64,000 bases of DNA from Leucoraja ocellata (lineage: Eukaryota): NCBI GenBank assembly GCA_036785375.1, contig JAWMAR010000123.1, forward strand, positions 3,472,001-3,536,000, read 5' to 3'. Below, one piece after another: positions 13,286-27,200 of the stretch. The position numbers and the translations under genes are program-made. The notes under the pieces were generated by a model. That model had not been told where the DNA came from. It saw nothing but the letters and a program-made list of their open reading frames with translations, and did no database searches. Positions within the stretch are counted from its first letter, which is position 1. Each line of letters begins with the position of its first letter.

Positions 13286-16200
13286 ATTGTTGGGAGGGAT
13301 AAAAAAAAAAGTAAATCCATTAAGCCTGATATTTAACATGTGGAGTATATTCTAATTAAGAAGTGCATGCTCTGAAGAAATGTGGATGTATTTAAATTAG
13401 TCGGAGCTCTTGCTACTCCAATTGTTTTTGAGTAAAATATTTGCACTTGATGAAGTACATTATAAATAGTGCTAATTTCCCTCCATATAGTGGTTGATAA
13501 ATTAATTCCAAGCCCAGAATGGCTCCTATTAATGTTCTTTTGACCAGACAGAATAACAACTTAATTGTACTCAACAATTTGTGCTATTCTCTAAGTGAGG
13601 ATATTATGTAATTTATTTTGTGAACTTTTAACTATTTGGACAGTTTATTGATGTACCACTTGGATAGCTTATAACCCAATTAAATGAACATTGAATTCTC
13701 CAGTTTTAGACAACTTCAAACAAACCCTACAGCCCCCTCTGGGCTCCACCCACCCCGTGCTCCACCTGGAATTGCACCTATTTTTTTCCTCCACCTACAT
13801 TCCTTTCTCTAGCTTCAAAATTTGCAACTCTTCTGTTCTTTCGTCTCACACCTATCTTTTCATCTCTGCCCCTTGTCCAACCATCTGCCTATCGTAAACC
13901 CCTCACCTGTGTTCCCCCATTATCTGCCATGCTTTGTTAAGCCTCTCCTTTCTCCCATATTCCCCCATTTACCCCCCCCCCCCATCCCTTATAATCAGTA
14001 TGAAGAAGGGCCCTGACCCAAAATGTCACCTATGCAAGTTCTCCAGGGATGCTGCCTGACCCACTGAGTTACTCCAATACTTTGTGTCCTCCTTAATATA
14101 GCCTGTGAGGCTGTGAGGTATCAAATGTAGCCAATAATTTTAGTCAGAAAAATATATTTTGGGTAAACAAAGGCTTTAAGAGAGAAATTTCAGAAATCTA
14201 GTGAAATATTGTGCTTGGGAAGCATACATGGGGGGACACAAATATTACATGGAAGCTTGCATTCTATTTGGCATTGCTATGTATTAATAATAAATTAAAA
14301 TGTGATTATTTCAAAGGAACACAAAACAGCATCAATTCTCTGGCTACTTATTTAGCAGGATTTTAATTTATTGCATCAATTTACTGACAAATAGTTTGGA
14401 GTGTATTTTTAATCCCTGCATCGATCCTTACCTATAACTATTGGAGCAGTTTGGTAGTTGAATATGAAAACAACAGGTTTCATTTATTCAAGGAACATAT
14501 GATAAATTGCATTTGTCATTCAGTAATGTGTTCTCCAATTTTCCAATTTATTTCTGCCAGCAAAGTGAATCTCTACCCATTACTTGAGTGTTCTCTTACA
14601 TTTGATGTTTCACACCCCTAGCGCATCCGGGTCACTAGGTAAAGCTTTTGCATTTAATTTTTGAGCGCAATCAGCTGCAAGTGAGAAATTGAACTCTTTG
14701 CTTTTCTCCAACTGGTGTTCTTAAATGTGTGGGAAGGAATTGCAGATGCTGGTTTACACCAAAGATAGACACAAAAAATGTTCCTTTGAAGCTCTGGAGT
14801 CTTTCAGCATTGTGGGCTCTTCTACATATTTATCAAAACCTCTCCCTCTACCACAACCCTTTGTTCATCTGAAGCTGCCTGATCAAGTGCAAAATATCAT
14901 CCTTTTATGTTTAATTTGCTGCCTAAGCTTTCTTCTACCATGCATTTTACCTTCACCAATCCAAATTTACTTTATTGAAAGTCTTTTATGATTGCCGCAT
15001 TACTTATAGCATGCATCTTAATTGCTTGAGGAAAGTTAAACCTGCTGATTCTTTGTTTAAAGTAATTTCTTTATTGTTAATGACACTCTGAAGGTCTGAT
15101 TAATAGGAGTTGTGTGTTTCTTAAAGTTCTTTATCATGTTGCTAAGCTAGGGTGAATCGTATTGTATGTTAATCGAGTCTAGATGTGAATGGTGAAAGGT
15201 CCATTGTTTCTGCAGACTATGGTGTGGTTCTTAATATTACCTATCCTATTTTAGCAAACCATGGTCCAAGTAATGGCTTGGGTTTGATAAAGTGATGCAA
15301 TTATATAGACAATTTATAAACAGCTTCAATTATATAAACAGCTTTAATAAATTAGGTAGGAAATTTAAAAGTGGCCATGGTAGTTGGAAGTCCTTTAGGT
15401 TTGAGGGTTATATTAAAGTTCTTGAAAAAAGTAATGTTCGCAATTATTTTTGTCCTGTTTGGTAAGCATGTCCCTTGCCATAAGTGTACCGCATGCAAAT
15501 CTTTACATCGTTAAGCAAGGATAAATGATAAGTGACCACAAATTAGCTGGCTATAAAAAATGGGATTTCATTTTAGTTTCGGAAGCATGTTTAACATTTT
15601 GTTGTATCATCAATTGAAACTGAGTTTGTGCTGCCAGCTTGGTAAGATATTGTAATCAAAAGGGAAACTTATCTTTCTTACAACAAAAGTTTATCTCTTT
15701 GAGATTTTGGAAGCCAGTCTAGTTTCACTTGGCATTCTCCCAAATAAAGCAACCAACCTTAGCACTTGTACTCTCACAAATACTTGGATCTGATACTTTA
15801 GTGGGAATTATTTCCTAATTTCAACTTCCTTTGCAGTTAATTTAATACTAGGGTGTCATGAATGGAGTACATAATAATAATAGTGATTCATATTTGCACT
15901 GACAAAGGCAAGATTATTATAGAGAGCTGAAACTTTTCTCTCACCATAAAGTGCCCACCCATTTTAAATTCCTCCCTATTGATTTGCTATTATCACCAAT
16001 AAATTAACAGATTATACAATGTGGCCTTTTAACTGCAAACTTCTGTAATTTTGTGCTCAAGCTAATGGCTATCTACTACAGTTTCTCTTCATCAGGCCAA
16101 CTAACTTTAAAGTGTTATGAAACGTGCTTGATTTGAAACCAGAGTACTTTGCCATTCAGTAAGGTCCTGATGGATCTTCTTTCACTGCACTTCCCTGCCA

Positions 16201-17477
16201 TATCTCATGATTTTCTTAAAATCCCAAAATATATCTGCCCATACTCAATTGAATGGGCACATCTAAAACATACTCAATTTCTGTTTCATCAGCCACATTC
16301 TGGCCATTCATTTGTCTACAACAGATTCTTTGCCTCCCCTTCATTATTTGTATTGCCTGCAGGTGAGGAAACATTGGTGTTCCCTTCTCCACGTCATTGA
16401 TTTCATAAATATTTAAAGCCCAAGCGTGGCTTTTTTAATATCTAGCTTGCCACATTCCTTAATTTTAGTCAACCTTAATTTTATAATCTCACCTTGAAAG
16501 CTTTTTGAAAATCCTGATACATTATACTCTCCCCTTCAACCACCAAAAACTTTGGAATTATGTTTATTGAAGGATATATCCGGTTGTCCATTAACTGTGC
16601 TTCTGAAGGTAATAACATGCATTTTGTAATTTGGATATAGATTTGCTTGCGTATTTAGTTTAACAATTGGTAGAATGTTTACTTTAATTATAAGGTGTGC
16701 AGAATGCAGATCAGAGGTTCTCACTATATTAAATGGTTCAGAGCACCTGTGAAGTTTCCATTTTGTCCTGGCCAAGTTTTTAAGTTACTTGAAGTAATCA
16801 GTGGTACAGGATGTATTATTACTGCCTGAAAATGCCACCTTGTTGTCAAATTTAGCTTGGCTTCAGTGGGGAGAATTGCTTTTAATGGCACAGAATGAGA
16901 AGAACAAGATTCCCCGAGTAGTTCTAAGCTGCCTGCAGCAGCTGTGCTCTGTCGACTGAACAATTTGTGAAACTGCTAATACTTTTTGCTGTCAATAAAC
17001 TTCAAAAATAGACTTCCGTAACAAAAGGATAATTCTAGTTTAACTGCTAACAGAGCAGTCGGAGAACTTTATCGGCCAAAATCATAAATGCATGCAGTCC
17101 CAGTGGTTGTTCCAGCAAAAAAAATACTTTCCCATTATTGTTTGCTTTGGTTGGCATGGAAGCCTAGGAGTTCTTACCAGCATAAACCACACAGCTGACT
17201 GCCAGAAAAATCTGCTTCAGTGTGAAAAATGTAATGTACTTAAAATATATTGGAGAGTTCGCGTCAGAAGTGATGACTGCATCAGATGTCGGTGATAAAA
17301 ATGTGCAGAAAAAAGTGTGTCGCAGCTGAGTGTCCTATCATTTGGACAGAGTATCAGTTTCCTTTGGTCCAATTGTGTTTTGCTAAGACTGTATATAGAT
17401 GAGTGAAATGAGTAGCTAGAGAGAGTCCCACTGCATCTAACATGAATAACCACTGAAGCTGAGGTTAATATTTCAAA

Positions 17478-17634
17478 GATAAACACAAAATGCTGGAACA
17501 ACTCAACAGGACAGGCAGCATCTCTGGATAGAAGGAATGGGTGATGTTTCGGGTCTCCAGCCATAACGTCACCCATTCCTTCTATCCAGAGATGCTGTCT
17601 GTCCTGCTGAGTTACTCCAGCATTTTGTGTTTAT
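17478..17634. repeat. Palindromic pair of PLE terminal repeats (~70-bp arms)
   Basis: ataaacacaaaatgctgg...gaatgggtgatgtt / aacgtcacccattc...ccagcattttgtgtttat. Confidence 0.85.
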
Positions 17635-19989
17635 TAACATTTCAAAGTTCTTTAATTAGTGTTTAAATATTTAATTTTCCATGCCTTGCAGTTAATAACT
17701 TTTTACTTTTACTCTCCAACATGTAGGTCATTGGATAATAAATGCTTTCAAGATTTAGATCAAACTAAACTACATGCTCCATTTAATTAATTTATTTTGC
17801 CTCAACCTGTCAGGTGGTGGATTGTTTTTTGGATTGTGCTGTGTTGGCTCTTTAATGTATACACACTTTCAAGTTTTAATTCTATTGTAGATAGAGAATA
17901 TTAAAGCAAGTTTCCCCTTTAATTAATCAGATTGCTGATATTTGTTTTTAAAAACTATACTTTGAAGTTGGACTTTATTTTGGAGCATGAACAGTTAGAT
18001 TTTGGCACTTTGATCAAGTTGCAATGTGAACATTGTAAATTAAAGGAATATTAACATTTGACTATTAAATAACACGCACCAATTATTTGAATAGTCCTTT
18101 AGGCTGCACAGATATGTGGGTGTGCTGAAATATGTCGAATATGTAGGATTGAGTGGAGTAAAAATTGATATGTGCTTATAGTTTTAATTAATTTCTCTGC
18201 ACGAGGCAAGGATCATTCCATAGTTAATGAATCTTTGCCAGCCTACATTAGGTGGATTATTTATTCTGCTTTCTCCTTTTTGTCTTCGAGTCATACTGCG
18301 TGGAAACAGGCCCTTTGGCACAACTTGCCCACAATGGCCAACATGCCCCATCTATACTAGTGCCATCTATCTGCCTTTGACCCCTATCCCTCTAAACCTA
18401 TCTTATCCATGTACCTGTCTAGATGTTTTTTAAATGTTGTGATAGTACCTGCCTGAACTACCTTCTCTGGAAGTTCATTCCGTATATCTAACACCCTTTG
18501 CCCCATGGGTTTCGGATGGACAAGATTTCATTTGTTGAAGTTAACAACAGTCTCATCAAATATTTAGATGCCATGTAGGCCACAGGTCACTAAGCGTTGA
18601 TCATGCTTTCTCATGTTTCTCGGACTGTCAGGTTTGTATGCATGTATGCCTTTGGATTAACACAATACAAAATGTTCAGATGCCCTAAAAGTAGTGTATC
18701 AGGTCTATAGTTCCACTTAGCTGTGCAGCTGTAATGTAAAACCTTTATTAGTCGTTCTTAAACCGTAATCTTATATTGATGCAACCTGATTCCACTGTCT
18801 ATCTGATCATTGTGGGAGAGAAATAACATTTGACTATTGTAAGGAATAGTTAAATTCCTTACATTTAACTATTGTTAAATGTAAGGAATGAAATAGGCTT
18901 TATTTCTGTGTTTCTAATTACGGGGTGGAGCTATTCAAGCCTTTCTGTGTTTTTGCATGCTTATTAAAGGATACAGTCTATTTATGTTGTGGGGTAAACG
19001 ATAGATTTCAAAATACCTTTAGCTGAATTTTAACAAATATAAATGCAGGCACTGTTGTCTTTTTGGTTGTTCCTCCCCATCTTGTGTACCTGCTTCAGTC
19101 CTCTGAGACTGAAAGTGTGTAGTAAGGAACTGCAGATGCTGGTTTAGGCCGAAGATAAACTCTGATCTTCTGACTATAGCCTCTGCTGGAGTCTGCATTC
19201 TCTACTATTTGTAGCTGTGGTTTTGGCTGTCTAGCCCCATGGTTTGGGATTTCACGATCAAGTCATCATCCTTCCATTAAAAGACACTCTTTGTAATGAA
19301 ACTCTTTGAAGTTTTGGTCACCACTCCCAATCTTTGCTCTCACAAGGCATCTGGTTTTGCTAGGCATTTGTAAAAAAATCCCTCGGGGCATTTTCAAGAC
19401 ATATTGACTTTGTTAAATGTTATTTTGATTTTTAGGGCTGTGAAAGTTGTTCCTTGAGATTGCAAGGAAGGTTTTCTTTTGGAAATTGCCATTTTATATT
19501 TGTGTTTTTATGGTACTGTGCCTCTGACAGTGTTGGGGATGGGGGAGGGGAAACGGACCATGTCATGATAGTACTATTTCCTGGCAGGGACACAAACACG
19601 TGTTTGGATTGGAGTTATTGATCTCTGGCCCGAAAGAAATGTCAGGAAGTGCTGCGTACATATATTCATATAATGTGAAATCGGGCCCTTCGATCCATCT
19701 CATCAATGCTGACCAATCTGCCCCATCTAAGCTAAAGATAGACACAAAATGCTGGAGTAAGTCAGCGGGACAGGTAGCACCTCTGGAGAGAAGGAATGAG
19801 TGATGTTTTGGGTCAAGACCCATCTAAGCTGCTCCAATTTGTCTGCGTTTGGCCTATATCCCTCAACCTTTCCTAGCCGTGTATCTGTTCAACTGTCTTT
19901 AAAATGGTGTTATTGTACCTCCATTGTAGATATACATCTGACAGGATGTATATCTACCTCCTCTGGCAGCTCATTCCATATACCATTTC

Positions 19990-20330
19990 TGTTAAAAAGG
20001 ATTGCCTACTTTGGTCACTCGCCCGTCCCAATTTCCTAAGAGTAGGCCAGGCTTTACCCTCTTCCTTGTGGGGCTTCCTTCTTATTGCCTGAGGAAATAG
20101 TCCTGAACTCGCTGGACAAATTCATCACCATCTAAGCCCTTGGCACTATGGCAGTCCCAGTCTATATTGAGAAAGTTTCAATTCCCATACTATGACAACC
20201 CTATTAATCTTACAGCAGTCTGCAATCTCCCAGCATATTTGTTCCTCTGATTCCCATTGACTATTTGGGGTCCTACAGTACAATCCCAAAAAGGTGATCA
20301 TCCTCTTTTTGCATCTTGGCACCGCCCATC
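19990..20330 (-). mobile_element. CR1-like LINE ORF2 APE-endonuclease fragment
   Basis: Minus strand reads ..ITFLGLYCRTPNSQWESEEQICWEIA..NRVVIV..NIDW..GLDGDEFVQ..QDYFLRQ (degenerate YRPP and GDFNxxxIDW motifs). Confidence 0.75.
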
Positions 20331-21661
20331 TATTATAGTTCTACTTGGAGTTTTGTGCTCGTGGAGGAAACCTCGGATGATGTTGATGAGTTCCAGGTGT
20401 TTTTGTTCCTATATTTGCACAGAATAACTCGTGAGCACAGTTAGGCGCATGACGTGTTCTTTCAACTGGACGAGAAGTGCATAACATGTTTTTGGACTGC
20501 GGCATCTCTAATTATCAATCATTGTTTAAAATTTTTAAAGTCCACGTGCCTTTTTGTTACAAGTAACTGACCAAGGTCAGTAAACAAAATGCAATGATGC
20601 AAGTGGCTTTGCAGATTGCAACACTTTTTGAGGCTATTCATTCAAAGCACATTTAGCTGCCCTACCATGCTGCTGTGACTATGTCCCCAGTAAACACTTT
20701 AGCTTCTGCACCAGTAAATTATTTGCTCATTCCAAAATTGTTGTTCAGTTGCTGTGCAGTTAATACACATACCTCTGAGAGATGAACATTCTATTAATCT
20801 TAAGGAAGACCCAAAATGCTGGAGTAGCTCAGTGGGTCGGGCAGCATCTCTGTTAATTGTGTTCATTGTCAGCAATCGGAGTTCGGGTAGCAGTTAATAT
20901 ATGTCGAGTGTGGGATGGGGGAGGTGGAGGTTGAAATATTTGACATGTATTCAGAAAAGACTAAACAATGGTTGCATTCTTAGATCATTTTGGATCATAT
21001 TAATGGAGCACTGTGTAAAATAGTGTACCCCAATTAAAGCCATTACTTTTTATTATTGAATTAGTAATGTATTTAGAAAAATCTGGGTATCATTAATAGA
21101 GAAATTGTAAATCATTTCGACCTATTTAACAAAGGATCAAAAACATTTTAGAAATTATCCTTTTCTTTATAAAAATAGAATTGTACAAAATGTTTTTCAA
21201 GTTTCTTTGCCCTTTTAACTATAAGCAAATAGCTGATCCATTTGTGGACTTGGGCCTGTGTTACCAGCTCTGTATTTCTTGGTTGACAGGAGAAGTAAAT
21301 GGATTTAACAGGAACAAATGTTTGAAGGAACATAATTCTAGCCGCAAGACATTATGTGTTTGACCAACATATAATTATTTAGTGTTTAAGGTGGAGTGAT
21401 ATGTGGAAAGTGGGTTTGCAAAAGCCAAATGGATTTAAGAACTTTTTCTAAAAGTAAAAATTGATTTCATTTATTGCCTATATTTACAAAGCATTGAAAA
21501 GAGCTATAGAATAAGCTGTGTATGAAAGAACTGCAGGTGCTGGTTTAAATCGAATGTAGATTGCTGGAGTAACTCAGGCAGCATCTCTGGAGTGAAGGAA
21601 TGGGTGATATTTCGGGTCGAGAATCTTCTTCAGCTTGTCACTGAACTCGATTAATCACAAT

Positions 21662-21822
21662 GTCTTGCAGCTTTTTATTTTTTTTTTTGTCTTTTCCCAG
21701 AAGACCTCTGATAAGAGGGAGGATCGTGTTCACACCAATTCATTGGTGTGAACACGGTCCTCCCTCTTATCAGAGGTCTTCTGGGAAAAGACAAAAAAAA
21801 AAGAAGTAAAAAGCTGCAAGAC
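21662..21822. repeat. Near-perfect 161-bp inverted repeat (hairpin)
   Basis: gtcttgcagcttttta..tgtcttttcccagaagacctctgataagagggaggatcgtgttcacaccaat-TC-attggtgtgaacacggtcctccctcttatcagaggtcttctgggaaaagaca..taaaaagctgcaagac. Confidence 0.95.
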
Positions 21823-23985
21823 TAATTTTAGGGAACAACTGTTCTAACATGACCAAACAAGTTAAGAAATTCCAAGTGACTGAGGAAAATATCTAAATTA
21901 CTACTTGGCTTTTAAACTGAGTGATCCAAATTACAACAGGGCATTTCTCTTCCTTTTTGAACTGCAACGGGGAAATCTCTGCTTTCCACGTTTAACTATT
22001 ACAAATGTAGTTAAATCTTTGTGGCAAAGAAAAGCATCCTGATGTACGTCAGAGCCGACTGAATTTTGGATTTTTCTGGATAAATAATGCAACTTGTGTA
22101 GTCATCTCACTGTTTAAGTTTTTAAATCTTTAACAAATCCAGAATCCAGCAAAGATTCTTGATTAGTACAGGTGTCGGGGGTATGGGGAGAAGGAGAATG
22201 GGGTTGAGAGAGAAAGATGGATCAGCCATGATTAAAAGTCAAAGTGGACTTGATGGGCTGAATGGCCTAATTCTGCTGCTATAATTTGTGAGTTTATGAA
22301 CTTGAGAATGGATGATTTCTCCACCCACTTCCCACCTGCATTCCCATTGCCTAGCTCTTTCTTGTGTAGAAGACTTACTTCTAGCCCAGATTAGAACCTG
22401 AATAAAATAGTGAAGGAAATTCAGAGTTTGAGTTATACTTTGTTTCAAAATGAAGTAGCTTGGCACTGCCAAATTATTTCTATGTATGGTACCCAGTAAC
22501 AGTATTTTTAATTTGTGATGTGGAATTAATGTTTAGACACAGTAGATGTAAATATGTGATTAGACTGAAAACATGGTAAATGACTAGAAGTTAATTCTCT
22601 TACACTGGAAAGAAAAATGTGTACAACATTTGTATAACCTATCAGAACTTGGCTGTTGAGGGATTGTCAAGCTGCCTTGCTCCCTCTTGTACCGTTTTGT
22701 GCAGTCCTGCAGTAACAATTTAGCAGATGGCACATACATTTTCCTGTATCAAAGTCAGTGGCCAAGGGAAGCTGTTCTATTTACTCAAATACAAAGTTTG
22801 CCCCTTCCACAATACATTATTTGGCATTAGTTTGGGGGCATGCTCTTTAGTGACACTAAACTTTCTTGAAGCTTTCTTTTAAGCTCTTATAAAGTTCTCA
22901 TTTAGATCCCATCTGCTATTCTAAACGTTCTCTCCCTTCATCTATGAAACTGAAATTAGTGTGCCATTTACCACCGAGGCAACACACAGCTGAGACATTC
23001 GTTCTCTCCAGAGATGCTGCCTGTCCCGCTGAGCTTCTCCACCATTTTGTGTCTGCCCACAGCTGAGACGTGCATAGGCTACTCCAACAGTTCCTGACAA
23101 AGCAAAACTCTGCCACAAATATAAACATGAGATTGAGATGCTTGGAAGGGAAAACATTTTTTCTCCCAAATTGCACGTTGTTCCGATTTGGAAATATATC
23201 GCCATATATCAGCTGGAATTTAGTACTGGCATTCTCTCTTTTGTGGCACAGGGGGTGTGTCTTCCTCCGTGGTTGAAGATGGTGTCTTACCTCGAGGGTA
23301 ATTAGGGATGGCCAATCAACTCTGTCCTTTCTCGTGACTCACATCCCCCACAAATGAAAGAATTAAAATAAATATTTGAAGTAATTAGGAAAATGTTGAA
23401 TTATGGGTGCATCATTGCAACCAATTGTTTCCCATTAATACAAGGGGTTGTTGTGGTTTTAGATCAGCCCATGAATCATGTATGAAACTCAAATTTCACT
23501 GTACCTTAATTGGTACATGTGACAATTAAATTGAATCATGAATCTTGGTTGGAATATTTATCTCCATATTTATCAATTGGAACATTAGCTGGTGTAATCT
23601 TTGGTTTGGGGGAAAGGTTTAGAGGAAATTGGGATCTTGAGGTGATGTTACAATGTAATGAGCATAGAGAACTAGCCTGTTTCCTCTGTGTTGTCTGGTA
23701 TTCCTTTGCACATTCCTTGCTAAATTATTTAGAAAGCCACATAAGAGTCTGTCATTTGGCTGCTTATGATCCATTTGGATGAAGAACGCTGATTCCCTTC
23801 CATGATATACAATAATGGATTAGATTGGATTTGCAACAATTTGGTCATTTCAGGATTACTGTTACTGATAATTTCCCCTAGTTTTTTTTTTTTAATTTCT
23901 CACTTGCTTCTGTATCTGTGCCATTAATCCAGGACTCTGGGTTACTAGTCATGATATAGAAGATAGACACAAAATGCTGGAGTTA

Positions 23986-24211
23986 TGCCCCTGTCCCACT
24001 TAGGAAACCCGAACGGAAACCTCTGGAGACTTTGCGCCCCACCCAAGGTTTCCGTGCAGTTCCCGGAGGTTGCAGGTGGTTGCCGGAGGTTGCAGGTAGT
24101 GGAAGCAGGTCGGGAGACTGACAAAAACCTCCGGGAACTGCACGGAAACCTTGGGTGGGGCGCAAAGTTTCCAGAGGTTTCCGTTCAGGTTTATTAAGTG
24201 GGACAGGGGCA
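23986..24211. mobile_element. MITE (non-autonomous DNA transposon, possibly PIF/Harbinger-type), 226 bp with ~85-bp TIRs
   Basis: TGCCCCTGTCCCACTTA...TAAGTGGGACAGGGGCA; flanks TTA and TAA; interrupts the gctggagTAActcagc motif of a PLE terminal repeat. Confidence 0.85.
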
Positions 24212-27200
24212 TAACTCAGCAGGACAGGCAGTGTGTCTGGATAGAAGGAATGGGTGACATTTTGGGTCAAGACCCTTCTTCAGTCATTAATATAAACAAT
24301 TTCCCATCCCCTGTAGCCATAGACTAGTTTTTATATATTTTTTAAAGTTTAAAAAAAAAAAATTTGACCACATCCTGAAAGGAACATATTTGGTTAATTG
24401 CAGCATGGCTGCTGTAGGTTACAAGTTGTTTGACTTAAGAACTGGATTATTTCAATGTAGTAAATGGAAAGATATGAACATGTTAGATTGCTAGTTTCTT
24501 TGTATATTCTTTAATCTGATCAAATTTGACAAGAGCATGAAGATCCTTACAATGGTTTGTAATATCATGCAAGGGTTTAAATGGAGATAATGTCAGGAAG
24601 AGTTGTAGAATCATTTGTGCAACAGTTCTAATTAAAAATATAACTTGAGGACACTTGCTCCTATGACATGAGCTGATAATGCATGATGTTTCTCGAAGGA
24701 AATCAAGTAGTGAAGAGTGTGCATTCTCAGACCGTATCATTTTGAGACATCCTGGCATATTTCCTGTAATCTGATTATATTGAGGTAGGCTTAACGGTGA
24801 ATAGCTGGATGAAGGATAGGGCTCCATGTCCTTCAGACCAAATCATGAGGTTGCTGAAAAATTGTAAAAAAATGTCAAGTTCACTTGAATAAGTGTTGGC
24901 CTTGAAACTAATTTTTTTGCCATCTAATGCTGCACCTTCACTCTTTTTTAATCATGAATTTCCAATAAACTTTGTAGATCCTGCTTGTTGTAAACCATGG
25001 ATTATATGAATTAAAAATACATTTACTTCTGTTTTACTTGTAGGTTCCCTTGACTTTTGAACTATGCCTTGTGCATTCAAATTTTATTTTCTGATCGGCA
25101 TTGCTGCCTATTTTTCTTCCCCCTTTTCTCTATTTTATCTCCTAATATTCATTACCTATTTTCCATTTAATAGTCATGGAGAAACGGTCATCTAGCTAGG
25201 AAGCAGACCCTTCGATCCAACTCGTCCATGCCGACCAAAGTGCCCTATCCAAGCTAGTCCCATTTCCTAAACCTTTCCTATCCATTTACCTGCCCAAGTG
25301 TCTTTTTAAAAGCTGTTGTATTACCTGCATCAACTACTCCCTCTTGCAAGTTGTATCATATATGCGTCAACCTCTGTGGAAAAAGTTGCCCCACGATTTC
25401 CTATTAAATCCTTTGCCTCTCACCTTAAGCCTATGACCTCTAGTTCTTGATTCCTCAACCCTGTGTAAAAGACCCTGTGCGGAGTTTCCCTATTAAATGC
25501 CTTTTGCTTTGTGTCATTCAGATGCCATTGATTTCCCCATACTTCGTAGAAGCTTTCATTTGTTGTTAAAAAATAGTTGTCGTATTTAAAGGCATTTTGA
25601 CAGATGGCTTTTTCATTCCAGCAAGTGAGAGAATCGCTAATCAAAGTTTGACCTTCATTCAAAGTGTAGAATTATGGAGAGGTGGTGCACTCCAAGCCAC
25701 TTTATTACTCCAGGTAAAACCAAGAGGGATCAGGGAGCTGTGATAGGACTTGTCAATTTTTAATTTAATTTCTGACACAATCTAAAGTAGTAATAACAAA
25801 AAATAAGACTGAATTCATGGTAAAGGCCACTGTAATCCCTTGTGATGAAATAATGTGGTAATGCATAGGTCTTACGCATGTTTGCTTAACAAAAATTAAA
25901 ATAATTGTCCTTTACAATTATTTATTAATGGGTACAGAATTAAATAATCATCCTTTACATGGATTACATCCTTATACAGTGTCACCGAATGGCGTAAGTG
26001 GGTCGTATCAGGAAGAGACAATTTACTTATGCCACTCTATTTTATGTACCAGCTAAGGTCATCCCTTGGCATTCTTCAATTGAACGAATATGCAGTCTTA
26101 TTACTCAAGCCCTCCAGTCTTGATAACATTGTCGTGCATGCTTTCTGCACCTTCTTTAGCTTTATCACATCCATCCTATATAGTATGGCAATTAAAACTG
26201 CGCACAATCATCCAGATGCGGTCTCGCCAACATCGGCTGCAATTGGCACATGAAGCCCCAATTCTTGCACGTTGCTAGTTTATCATTCAAAACTTAATCA
26301 TTTAAAATCTAAGTCCCCTAGCTGGCATTATGGCATTTTAAAATGTCTCTGAATCAGTGGTCAAGTCCTGTAGATTGCAGTCTAGTAACTTCACTGTGCT
26401 ATTGTACCCAATGATGTGGGTGTACATATGTAGATATATGGTTTTAAAAACTTTTAGATGTTTGCATTGTTGGAAACCAATAAATCTCCTTGCAGTCCAA
26501 CCTGGCAAGGTATCAAATAAAACCACATTTTGTGCAAAGTTTTTTTTACTTGGCTTTGACAGTATTGGTGAGCTGTTCAAACAAAGTTTTTTGGCAGCTG
26601 CCTCTATTTGAAACTGGTTCTGATTACCCAGAAGTAAAGGTTGAAGGATTTGCTAGTTTTGCAGTTTGCTGAACTAAATAGTAATCCTGAATTATCTACT
26701 GCCCCACTTTCAAAATAGTAGATAAAGCGCAGGAAATGGGACTGACTAAGAAATTTGCCCCTTCAAACCACTTTAAAATCCTTACACTCACCTTAAACCA
26801 ATGCCGCCTTGTTTTTGATATACCTACCATGGGGGAAAAAGTCTGACTACACATTCTATCTATGCTCTACTTGTGTACTTCTGATGGAAAGTGGCCAGTT
26901 TGTATTCATTTCTGAATAGTCAAGCTGCTAGTTGAAAAGTTAATGTAAAGTTATATTTTTTAATTTCAACAGAGCATGTTGGAACATTCCCAACCAGGGA
27001 AGGATATCCTTTTGGGAAATGAGATCTGACGATTTAAATGCCAATGTAGACCACACATCACACTAGAATGGAGGAAGTATAACTATCAATAATCTGCCTC
27101 TATATGATAATGATCAGGTTATTGAAGTGAATGAAATGTGAAGCCTTGCAGTGTGCCAGATAAAGTAATATCAGCAGAATACTGATTTTCATCGGGGGTT

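Noticed and set aside
23983-24270. Near-identical ORFs on opposite strands
   Set aside because: Artefact of the palindromic MITE.
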